Made by a program: the position numbers and the translations under genes. A stretch of 62,004 nt of DNA, counting the filler, from Globobulimina sp. (taxonomy: Eukaryota), in the NCBI GenBank assembly GCA_003354225.1. It is 23 parts of 23 records of this genome, joined end to end, with 100 filler letters (N's around TTAATTAATTAA, not from the genome) between each part and the next. Parts side by side here need not be neighbours in the genome. Positions count along the whole stretch, not along the records: positions 21,613 to 24,213 come from PIVH01005792.1; positions 24,314 to 26,913 come from PIVH01005793.1; positions 27,014 to 29,613 come from PIVH01005794.1; positions 29,714 to 32,313 come from PIVH01005795.1; 19 more parts are not named here. The stretch is one strand, 5' to 3'. Below the pieces are notes generated by a model. It had not been told where the DNA came from and ran no database searches. It saw nothing but the letters and a program-made list of their open reading frames with translations. Shown one piece after another: positions 21,831 to 32,413 of this stretch (positions are counted from its first letter, which is position 1; the number at the start of each line of letters is the position of its first letter).

Positions 21831-23164
21831 ATGGGTATGTATGTTCCAATCGCATCAATAGGCTTTGTTTCATACAGATCATTAATCGTACAGATAATGC
21901 ACCTGTTGTTTTGAGGGCTCCTGAGTTAACAAATCAAAGCATTAGAACAATTTTAAATAACAACAAAACCTTAGATAATTTTGATCAATTTTGTAAATTC
22001 GTTGGTTATGAATTCCCTGCGGCATATCGCCAAAAATTTATGTTACTACGAAATCATGAATTGACGATCGTCGACGATCAATGGTTGACATGGATCGGAT
22101 ACAATGCGAAGGAAATGTATAATCGTCGTAGTAATGCAAAAGCTACATTAAAAAAATATGATATTCCGTTCGAGCTCAAAAAATGGAATCAAATTCAGAA
22201 TTTCCCAGTCGTTCGCGATGGATTATTGAGAATGGGAAATATGGGATCTAGATTTTTAAACAGAACAAAATTCATCGTATTATCAAACCAATCATTGAGG
22301 GAATTTTTTATGGTGGTTAACACTGATTGTGCAGTCAATATAAGGCAATACTATTTGGCTTTGGAAACAATGATTTATTCCCATCAACAATATCTCCAAA
22401 TGCGAGACGCCGAAATCCTTGAAAGTAAAGATGAAATCATCAATTTTAAAGATAATAAAATTGATCAGTTGTTGGCGCAGTTTCGCGATGAGAATCGCCA
22501 AAGACGAATGGAAAATCAAAAATTCCGCGCCAAACAAAAAGAAGAACATCAAGAGCTCATTTGTGGTATTAATGATATTGTTGAGCAGAATGTGGAATTA
22601 AAGAACGACATTCATGTGGTGAATAATCAAAACGTTTTGATTGTGGAGCAAAACGTTGAATTAAAAAACGACAATGTTTTGATGGCGGATCAAAATGTTG
22701 AATTGTCGAGCAAAATAAGTATCGTGACGAAGCAAAATGATAATATTCTGATGGTGGTAAATGATACTAAATCCTCATTTGGTTTTTCATTGAGCGGAAA
22801 AAAAACGCGCCAATACGCTATTATTAAACTGGCTCCATTAAGAGATATTGACAATGGTTGCGATCTTAAGAAATGCGGTGGCTCCAAAGATTACATTGAA
22901 GGAAAATTAAATGATTTGAAAAAAAAATATCCAAATGCTTTAATCATATCACGTATTAATCATATCACATCTATTGATTTTCATTTGGTGTTGAAGAATT
23001 TTATTATTGAAGAATTTGGTATTGAGGAATTTTGTCAACATCGCAAAAAGACATCACAATTTAAATTGACATCAATTGATGATGAGGAATTGAAGAGAGT
23101 GGTTATTGAGGTAGCCAAGCAACCATTTAGTGAATTACAACGGTTGATTGATTTGAATTTTTAA
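21831..23164 (+). CDS. MSV199-domain protein with coiled coil (large DNA virus type)
   Basis: VDDQWLTWIGY...LKKYDIPF...KFIVLS...FFMVVNTDCAVNIRQYYLALE matches the MSV199 pattern of irido/entomopox/giant viruses. The start is inferred through intron 21835-21893 (ATGG|GTATGT...CAG|AT). Confidence 0.75.
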
Positions 23165-23281
23165 AAAAATGTTTTAATTTAATTTGTTTCTTTTTTTAAC
23201 TTTTTTATTTAATTTCGCAAAGACGTCTTTCGTCTCATTTTTTCAACATCGCAAAAAGACATCACAATCATCACTTAAATT

Positions 23282-23920
23282 TTATCCAATAAATTTATTT
23301 CCTTTTTTTCTATTTTCATTTGCATACAACGGTTGTGTGTTAGTAAAATGAAGTCTTTTTAATTGTTCTTCTTCTGTTGGTTCTACACCATCTTTTTCGT
23401 ATTTTATTGGTTTGATATGATCTATATGCCAAAGTGTCCCATGATTTTCCCAGTTCATATCAGGCTTAAATTTGTTTTCTAGATATATTCCATATTCCTG
23501 AAAGGAGCAGCCGATTGATGCTTTGTTTTTGTCAAGTTTAGCAGATGTTACCCTGCTATTAAAAATATTTCTAAGATAACTTGGCAAATCACAAATCTTA
23601 CATTTTGATCTTTCCGTTTCATGTTCGCAAATACCACTACCACCACAATCCTTACATGTATATCTTCGCCTTACATGTTCGCAAATAGATCCACCACCAC
23701 AATTCTTACATCTTGTTCTTGGCGTTCCATGTTCGCAAAGAGATCCACCTCCACAATCCTTACATGTTGTTCTTCGCCTTCCATGTTCGCACGTATTTTT
23801 TTTACGCAGGCACTCTTTACATTGTTTACGTTTTGCCCAATATTCTGTGAAATAATTGCATTCATTGCAGTTGCTGCAAATTTTAAAGTTGTGTACAGTT
23901 GTGTGGAAAACGTTTTGCAT
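23282..23920 (-). CDS. HNH endonuclease-like protein with CEHxxxRxxCKxCGGG zinc-binding repeats (giant-virus type)
   Basis: Four CEH...CKxC repeats, then YLENKFKPDMNWENHGTLWHIDHIKP...HFTNTQPLYANENRKK. Intronless; ATG at 23920. Confidence 0.8.
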   Translation of the reverse strand: MQNVFHTTVHNFKICSNCNECNYFTEYWAKRKQCKECLRKKNTCEHGRRRTTCKDCGGGSLCEHGTPRTRCKNCGGGSICEHVRRRYTCKDCGGSGICEHETERSKCKICDLPSYLRNIFNSRVTSAKLDKNKASIGCSFQEYGIYLENKFKPDMNWENHGTLWHIDHIKPIKYEKDGVEPTEEEQLKRLHFTNTQPLYANENRKKGNKFIG

Positions 23921-23943
23921 ATTTGTTAAAAATATAATTAAAA

Positions 23944-23951
23944 TCAATTTT
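23944..23951 (-). promoter_or_regulatory. AAAATTGA motif (Mimiviridae early promoter consensus) 23 nt upstream of the HNH start
   Basis: Exact octamer on the coding strand. The AT-rich background makes a chance match possible. Confidence 0.5.
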
Positions 23952-23992
23952 AAAACGTTTTTAATTAAATAATGAAATCTATGTGAAATCTA

Positions 23993-24213
23993 TGTGGTAC
24001 TTGTTGGTGGTACTTGTTGGTGGTACTTGTTGGTGGTTGACAAATTCTATGTGATGGGTGCAGTTGTTGTTGTTAGTTGTTTTGTTGTTGTTGTTAGTTG
24101 TTTTTCATTTGTTTTCATTTGTTTTTTATAATACATTTATAATATTTTTTTGTTTTTTTTTGTTTTCATTTGTTTTTTATAATACATTTATAATATTTTT
24201 TTGTTTTTTTTTG
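23993..24213 (+). repeat. Short tandem repeats at the edge of the virus-like contig
   Basis: GTGGTACTTGTTG x3, TTG-rich tract, and a ~51-bp T-rich unit duplicated at about 24109-24213. Confidence 0.75.
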
Positions 24214-24313
24214 NNNNNNNNNNNNNNNNNNNNNNNNNNNNNNNNNNNNNNNNNNNNTTAATTAATTAANNNNNNNNNNNNNNNNNNNNNNNNNNNNNNN
24301 NNNNNNNNNNNNN

Positions 24314-24815
24314 ATAGAGGCGTACGATTTGAATAAGTTATCAATAAAACAAGTTTAAACTTTGCAGTTTGATCAATGTCTAAAGAATACAAATCGCAGA
24401 TACTATTATAATGTAATTCTGCTCTCAAATTATTACTATTTACAGCATCGCCATCGGCGATAATAAATGAAGGGTTTGTTGATAATTCGTGAGCCATAGT
24501 AAATATATCAATGATTGGAGTACACATTCCAACATTTAACCAACATAAAACAAAATGGCCATAACACATAAATAATATAAATCCAACAATAAAAGTTAAC
24601 AATAATAAAATCAACGCCCCAATGCATTCAGTTTTGTATTGTTTTATCCGGCGTTTAAAATGAATTTGTTTATGTTCATTCACATATCCACGTTCATGCG
24701 ACTCCAAATCAAGTGAATGCACACTTCGTCGCTTTCTCATAGAGCCATGACTCAAGTAGTTCAACAACTGACGATTAGGGGTTGTTCTTATATTGCGCAA
24801 TATAAATCGAGACAT
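24314..24815 (-). CDS. Hypothetical membrane protein; 5' end overlaps the MITE; 3' truncated
   Basis: ORF with a hydrophobic helix; its only upstream ATG (24815) lies inside the MITE. Confidence 0.5.
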
Positions 24816-24887
24816 AGGACCTAGGTACCATGATATTGCAATTAAGCATGCCTAGACATGCGTATTGCGCAATATAAGAACAACCCC
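24778..24887. mobile_element. 110-bp Tourist/PIF-Harbinger-like MITE
   Basis: Perfect 25-bp TIRs (GGGGTTGTTCTTATATTGCGCAATA at 24778-24802, inverse at 24863-24887) flanked by a TTA duplication at 24775-24777 and 24888-24890. Confidence 0.88.
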
Positions 24888-25211
24888 TTATACGTCAACT
24901 AAGAGTGCATTTCATTTTTATCTTTTCATCATCATCATCACACCAATACTGTCAACGTAAAATCTATTTTGTAAGGGAAAAAACTGATTTTTTCTGTTTA
25001 AAAACAGATTTTTACGATAAAGCAAAAATGCCTCTTATTATCATATTTTAAAATAAAAAAATTTGAATTTCTATTGGCGATGTCGATTTTTTTTGTTTGA
25101 ATGGCTCAATTTTAATCCTCGTTTTCGATATTATTATACAACGAATTACGGAAACCAACAAAAATACAAAAATGAGTGCTTTTAAATGTCACTTTGTTTT
25201 TAAATCTTCAT

Positions 25212-26532
25212 TTAAATTTTACAAATTATTATTCGTGTCTCATTATATCCAGGATACATTGCAAGTATTTCTTCATCTTTATCAAAATAATTTGAATTAA
25301 ATAATAATGGTTTCTTAATATATTGTGGCGGATTGGCATCATGGACATATAAACATTGATTATAATTATTATATCCCCATAAATAAAATTTATTATTTGC
25401 TGTCTTAATAATATTATGATTTGCTCCACATTTAATATCGATAATTGTTTCCTTTTTCAATGTTTCATTTGGTTGTGGTAAATATACAGTTTTAGTTGAA
25501 CCATTACCACATTGAAACTTCTTATTCCATCCAAAACAATATATCTTATTTATTTATTAAATATATTTGTAAAAACAAATAAACACAACACAAAAAGATC
25601 AAAACTTTGTTATTTAAGGATAATAATATATTATGTACTTCACCACAACATATTTTACCAATTTTAATATTGTTTTGAATAAAATATTGTATTCTTGTTG
25701 GTGAATATCTATTATTATCATCTCCATGGCCTAAACTACCCTCTCTGCCATATCCCCACGACCAAACACCATAATTATCATCAATTGCTAAGGTATGAAA
25801 ATCTCCACAATATATATCCTTAAATTTTATTTTTGTTTGAATTTCTTGAATATTTGGGGATGATTTAATATCTTTACCTAATCCTAAACAACCTCTACCA
25901 TAATCATAACCAGCAACATATATTTTACCATTAACACTTAAAAATGTTGTATAACAACTTGATGTTTCTACTTTTTGAATAGATAATGATGTATTAATTG
26001 GTGTCCATTGATTATTATTTTCTTCATTTGTTTTTACACCAAATTGATTATTCTTATTCGATCCGACAGCATATAATTTATTCTCATTTGAAATACAAAA
26101 TGAATGTCTTGATCTATTTGGTGCCGCAAATATATTTTTTATTTTCATATCTTTCATTTGATGCCATATATTAATATTATTATAATGCCCAACACCTAAT
26201 ACACCCCTTTTATTATAACCACAACATTCATAGGTTTCATCATCAAATAAAATATATGCTGCTACACCATCCCAATGATCACCACAAGTAACAATATTTT
26301 TTATTTCTTTTTCAAATGTTTTTATTTTTGTGATTTTTTTAATATCTTCGTTTCTTCCGTTTCCTTGTTGTCCATATTCGTTTTTACCGATAGAATATAG
26401 CAGCAATAGGATATAATAATGGAATGCGTGAATGATACTAATAATATCGGTATGGATGTATTGAGTCGTACAGTTTCTAACGTATCCACTTACTAATAAT
26501 TGTGATCGTCTTTTCCTGGCAGCATTGTTCAT
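25212..26532 (-). CDS. RCC1-repeat protein with N-terminal LxxGYxR motif (2 exons)
   Basis: GKNEYGQQGNG, GYNKRGVLGVG, CGDFHTLA, WGYGREGSLGHGD, CGANHNII. Intron at about 25546-25605. Confidence 0.88.
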
Positions 26533-27013
26533 TTTTCCTTAAAGATATTTCACTCAAAACTCAGGCACTTCTGACTCTGTGTATACTGCACACATAAAAA
26601 TAATATGAATTTGAAAGAGACAGAGAAAGGACCAAGTTAAATTATGAGTGCTGACAGTTATCATACAAACAGCGCGCGTACCTTAATCAGTAGTGCTAAA
26701 AACAATTATCTTCAAAATTTAATTCGAAACGAAAAATATTTGCCCAAACAGAAATTTCTGGAAACGCGCGCTTGGGTAAATATCGATCAATTGCTTTAAA
26801 TGTAGACAATTGACTTTTTAGGCTTAAACTTCTAACAAAGCTGCAGCATTTTCAAAGTCTGACTTAGAAAAACGTTTTCTGACTGTTTTCTGGGTATAAA
26901 ATGATATTAGAATNNNNNNNNNNNNNNNNNNNNNNNNNNNNNNNNNNNNNNNNNNNNTTAATTAATTAANNNNNNNNNNNNNNNNNNNNNNNNNNNNNNN
27001 NNNNNNNNNNNNN

Positions 27014-29613
27014 CTACAGCATCGAATAAAAAATGATAACATAAAATTAGACAAAGAAAGAGAGAAAATAAAGCAACGCACAACGCAGAGGCAACAACAT
27101 TTTAGTAACAACAGAGAAAAACGAGATTTATTAAGAAAACAAATTGATTTCCATAAAAGAGATAAATCAAAACAATGTAAGATAAAATATAAAAACAAAA
27201 CTTATTACAATCATCACCACAAAAAGTATGGCACCAAACAGCAAATCACTAGTTTTGCGCCACATAACTCACAGAACTCAAACAACGGACAATCATCAAA
27301 AGAAAATGGAGGTTTTTGGAGCTGGAATAATAATGGCAAATGGCACAAATATGAATGCATCACATCCCAACAAATTGATGATGGCATTACTGATCAATGG
27401 GAAAACACAAAAAGTATTACTTTGTCCATTGCATTAACAAAAGGGGAATATTTAGGAAAAGCTAACAATGCAAACCTTTATTACTGCATTGTCGAATTGA
27501 ATCATTTGAGGAATCAAATTAAAAGGGTCTATCAACAAAATAGTAAAACAAATCGTAAACGCTCCATGCGAAGAAATCCAACATTTAAGTTACTGTCTAA
27601 ACAAATCCATAATAAATGTAATCTTTTTCATTCGATTGAAAATCAAATATCACAAACTTGTGATGTAAAAGACTTAATAAATATTGCATTGTCATTTTTT
27701 GATAACATTAATAATAATAATTCGAATCGGGAGCGATGCGAGTTAGATGTAGAAAAATGTACAAGTTTACAGCGATCGATTAATGCATTAAGAAAATATA
27801 AATTGTATATTGAATGCAAAGAGGCAGACATTAACATTGCGGACATTTTTGGTGAGGAGTATAATATTATTGGTCTATTGAATGATTATCATCATTTAAT
27901 TAGGTTTCATCATAGAACCCAATTTGAAGATATTTACAACACAATAAATAATTCAATTTATAATGGCAGAGGCTGCAATTCATCCAATTGTTTAATCATA
28001 ACAAGGAATCGACGAAACACTGCCAATATTACAAAATGTGAAGGAAAACTGACCGAATTATATGGTAAAAATAATGTTGTGGAACAGCAAATATTTGATA
28101 TGATACATTCAAATTATATGCACTCATTTGACAGTGCACGGAGATTAACTCGAAGAGAAAGAGAATATGTAACTGTTGAGCAGAAAGGAAAGGATCCAAA
28201 TTATAAATCAATGCATGCTCTCATACAATCAAAAACTGATACAATGCATTCATCATTGAAGGAGCAAAAAGAAACTAATGGCAAATTCATAACGAATGAA
28301 TATTGTCATGGCTATCGGTTTTATTATTGGAATTATTATATTACAAAAGCGAAAAATAATGTAATATACGATTTTGCGGCGCCGATTGCAATTAGAAACA
28401 ACCGGTCATCAAATTTAGAGAAAACTGTGGCTGATTGGTATATTAAACAGAAATATAAAGATTTTAAGCAAGAGATAACATGTAATCCGATCTGTACATT
28501 GGCTCAAATTCAATGGAATAATATATTACAAAAAGCATTCAAATTTGTGTGCTCAAACCAAGCCAAACAAATGCAATGTTTACGTACTAAATCCGCTGAA
28601 TGTTATGAAATGAAGACTGGTGACGCCATACAACAGAAACATTTAATTGCTCTTATTATTTATACTGATTATGATGTATGTATTTAATATCTGACTTATT
28701 TGAATATAAATATATATGTTCTGTTACTTGTGTAATACATAAAAGTTACTATCAACTAAATTCAGTGAAACATTTCGAAAACAAAACAACCAGCAAACCA
28801 TTGATGCTCTAAAAGAAAGACACCGAAATTATTATTTTTTAGCAAGGAATTTGAGAGAATGCGTAGAAGTGTTTGGAATGGCGTGTCCTGCTTCAAATTT
28901 TATTGTATATCACGGCGTGGATAGACACATGACATTTTCCTCTGTTTATCCGTATATTAAAGGACCATTCAGCACCACTACAGATTTTGCAGTTGCTGTG
29001 AATTTTTGTGCCAATAAAGGGATGGTATTGGCGATGGAAATAAATGTGCATGAATGGAGGATGAAATTGGGGATCAATAGAATGAATTGTATGGATTGCG
29101 AATGGCTGAGTTCTCATGGCAGTGAACAAGAAATACTGTTTTGTGGTGGCGTCAATCGACATACATTTACAACAATTATTGATGCCAAATTCAATATAAA
29201 TTATGATTTATATGTTAAAGGATTAAGGCAAATGACATATTGCATGTCAAATTATAACGTTCCATTAGATTTTCTGAAAGCAGACAGACCAGAAACATTT
29301 ATTGAGAAACAAATAGTTTTCAGATTAATGTCGCACGAATTTTATCGATATCCGCAATTTCATGCTCAAGTTTGTAGATATAAAAGAAGGCAGAAATTGG
29401 CGAATGAATTTAAAAGTATGCCCGGATATTTTAACAAGATATTGCATGAGCATTGTGTTAATATTATGGGCGTTATGTTTGTTGATATATTATATGTAAA
29501 AGAAAAGGATACTAAAAAAAGGAATTTTGTGTTTGATGAATTTTTTCAACGAGAAGATGGATGGATTTATTTGAACAGATTAATAACAATATTTCCTAAG
29601 CTTGAAGTGGTGG
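27014..29613 (+). CDS. WWE-domain plus divergent ART-fold protein (both ends truncated)
   Basis: The frame is open from the contig start. WWE-like FWSWNNNGKWHKY...QQID...YQQNSKTNRKRSMRR at about 27314-27574. Intron 28676-28745. ART motifs IIYTD, VYHGV, GPFSTTT..VAVNF..KGMVL, WLSSHGSEQEILF. Confidence 0.72.
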
Positions 29614-29713
29614 NNNNNNNNNNNNNNNNNNNNNNNNNNNNNNNNNNNNNNNNNNNNTTAATTAATTAANNNNNNNNNNNNNNNNNNNNNNNNNNNNNNN
29701 NNNNNNNNNNNNN

Positions 29714-29877
29714 TACCCTGGCATCGCTCTGTTATTTTTATATTAATCAAATCGTTTCCATTCATCAACATTTCAAAGGATTCCCAAAAATCCAAATGCC
29801 TCTTTAGTAGGTTTAGTACCAAGATTAAACAGATCAACACTATAATCTTGTGTTATATTTATTATATTTTAATATTA
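29714..29877 (+). repeat. Conserved block A, right part (first 119 bp identical to the contig end)
   Basis: 29714-29832 is identical to 32195-32313. Confidence 0.95.
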
Positions 29878-30894
29878 AAAACATTATTGTTTCAATGTCG
29901 AGCATGGTGCCAACATCGGTTCCGCAATTTGGTGCAGTTGAATCAGGAGTATGTTGTTGTAGCAATTGATGGTAATTCGGATTATTTACATTGAAATGTG
30001 GGTGGTGATGCAATATACTCACCATTGGAGGTATTTCATCGAAATAAATATCAGTAATTATTTGAGATTCGGCGGTGAGTGAGAGAATTCTTCAATTTAC
30101 ACAGTTATGTTGAGAGTGTTATTTGGTCGGTGGAATAATTTGATCGATTTCACGATGAACGAGGCTGCTGAACATTTTTGAGAAGACGAGCAACGCGCAG
30201 CGTTGCGAGTCATCGTCCTCTGCGGAGCAGAGTCAGATAAGTTATATGGGTGTGACCCATTTACTCTTAGGATTATTCTGTTGCGTGTTAAAATTATTTG
30301 TAAACCTAAACCCATGTATAATGTATACTTAATTTTTAATTTGTTTTGCTGATGTGTTTAATGTGCCTTTATCGTTTCCTATTTGAGCTAATACTTTAAC
30401 ACGTAAATCGTTGATTCCTTGATTGTGGGCTTGCAATTGTTTGTCTTTGGCAGTATTACAGCTTTTACAACCGTTTTGTGTTACTTTTTTCCATTGGTTG
30501 TTGGAAAATTTGTCTTTTGTTAATTGTTTTTGACACGAAATGCGCGCTACATACTACTACTACTATTTTCATCTAAATTGAAATTAACATCGAATAATGG
30601 TCTATCGCCCCAAACATTAAGTGTTTCTGGCGAATACGTTCGAAGGATAAGTGATTAGGTTTCGATAATACGTCGCCATAATACGAGTGAATGGGTACGT
30701 GTTGGATGGGTAATAACAAATTGCCGTTCCATACATGTTCGAGTGGTTTGTTATTTATTATCTCTTCGTTTTCTTCTTTTTGTGAATATTCAGTGAGTGA
30801 ATAGTGGATAGATGGGATTAAACCAATTATATCGAGTTCTTAATTGTGAAACAGTTGTGTGGAACAAAAAAAATAAATCCACAAAGCTTTTTTC

Positions 30895-31728
30895 ATGTCA
30901 ACATTAAATGCCCGACTACTATTAAATGCTCTTCATGCTTTAATGACAGAGTTTACTATTTTTCTTTTTGTAACGGGAGTTTGCATTGCAGGAGGTGCTT
31001 ATTATGCATTACCCTGGCCTCGCTCTGTTATTTTTATTAATCAAATCGTTTCCATTCATCAACATTTCAAAGGATTCCCAAAAAGAGTCTTTAGTAGGTT
31101 TAGTACCAAGATTAAACAGATCAACACTATAATCTTGTGTTATATTTATTATATTTTAATATTATTAGTCATTTATGGATATAATGTGTATGGATCTGGA
31201 CCAACCGATATGGGGTACGCGTCAGTGGGTTATTTTCAACCGAAGTGGAGTACGTTAGTGCCGCAACTGTCTTATATGTCATCGGTCGACTGTATAAGCA
31301 ACATTTTATTGTTTGTTTTAGTTTTAGAGCTGCCGCATTGTTTTATTATTATTTGTGGTGGTAGTGGTATCCCGGGAGTGATGAACACATTTTATTATTG
31401 GTATTATTATGTGTATTATTTCCGTGCAGAATTATTTATTATTATGTGGTTTTTTAGTATATTTTGTGGCGTATTTTTAGGTCGGATTAGTAATCAATTT
31501 TATGGTGTACATGTCATGGATTTTATATTTTTAGCATTATTTGTACGGTGGACAACTCACAGAAGGATTTTATTGATTCAACTGTGCTTCCTCGCTGAAG
31601 TAAGGGAGATTAAGCCCGCATCTGTGAAGTGCGATTCTATTTATTTAGATTATATTTTGTTGGAGTGTCCACGCGGAATAAGTGACGCCGGAATTTCAAG
31701 GAAAGCAGTGCCATCGCAATGGATATAG
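30895..31728 (+). CDS. Hydrophobic 277-aa ORF reading through block B into the variable region
   Basis: Long for this base composition, but no recognisable motif, and the T-rich strand favours spurious hydrophobic ORFs. Confidence 0.3.
   Translation: MSTLNARLLLNALHALMTEFTIFLFVTGVCIAGGAYYALPWPRSVIFINQIVSIHQHFKGFPKRVFSRFSTKIKQINTIILCYIYYILILLVIYGYNVYGSGPTDMGYASVGYFQPKWSTLVPQLSYMSSVDCISNILLFVLVLELPHCFIIICGGSGIPGVMNTFYYWYYYVYYFRAELFIIMWFFSIFCGVFLGRISNQFYGVHVMDFIFLALFVRWTTHRRILLIQLCFLAEVREIKPASVKCDSIYLDYILLECPRGISDAGISRKAVPSQWI
30928..31164 (+). repeat. Conserved block B (237 bp), diverged copy of block A
   Basis: Aligns to 32113-32313 plus 29833-29877 with a few substitutions and two indels (2 and 7 nt). 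Confidence 0.95.
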
Positions 31729-32112
31729 CGGTTGCGAGGGATAAGCGGTTGCGCACCAGAACAAATTCAATGTGGGTCTAATGGATTTTATGGCATGCAT
31801 GGTAGTATGAATCAGTTTAATTGACACACCGGAATTTTGGTCTGTTTGCTTAGTTATTCTGTAAATATTAAAAGTCAAATATTATTTTGCGAATTTATGA
31901 CATTGTTGAATGTATATGATTTATTCTTTTCATTGGGATTTTATGTTAAAAGCAGGGGGTACTTACTTATTTTATTTTGTTTATGTTTATGTAGTTTATG
32001 CTCCCTGTGTGGACTCATTTAACTTTTAATTTTTGGTTGCTTTTGTGTGTTTGGCGTGACTGTGACTTAGTGAGTTTTGAGTTGTTTCATCAACAAAAAA
32101 CTTTCTGTACTC

Positions 32113-32313
32113 GCTCTTCATGTTTTAATGACAGAGTTTACTATTTTTCTTTTTGTAACGGGAGTGTGCATTGCAGGAGGTGCTTATTATGCATTACCCT
32201 GGCATCGCTCTGTTATTTTTATATTAATCAAATCGTTTCCATTCATCAACATTTCAAAGGATTCCCAAAAATCCAAATGCCTCTTTAGTAGGTTTAGTAC
32301 CAAGATTAAACAG
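32113..32313 (+). repeat. Conserved block A, left part
   Basis: Begins GCTCTTCATG like block B and runs to the contig end. Confidence 0.95.
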
Positions 32314-32413
32314 NNNNNNNNNNNNNNNNNNNNNNNNNNNNNNNNNNNNNNNNNNNNTTAATTAATTAANNNNNNNNNNNNNNNNNNNNNNNNNNNNNNN
32401 NNNNNNNNNNNNN

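Noticed and set aside
18912-24213. Retroelement next to the virus-like genes as one composite element
   Set aside because: They are on separate contigs; the adjacency is produced by the spacer.
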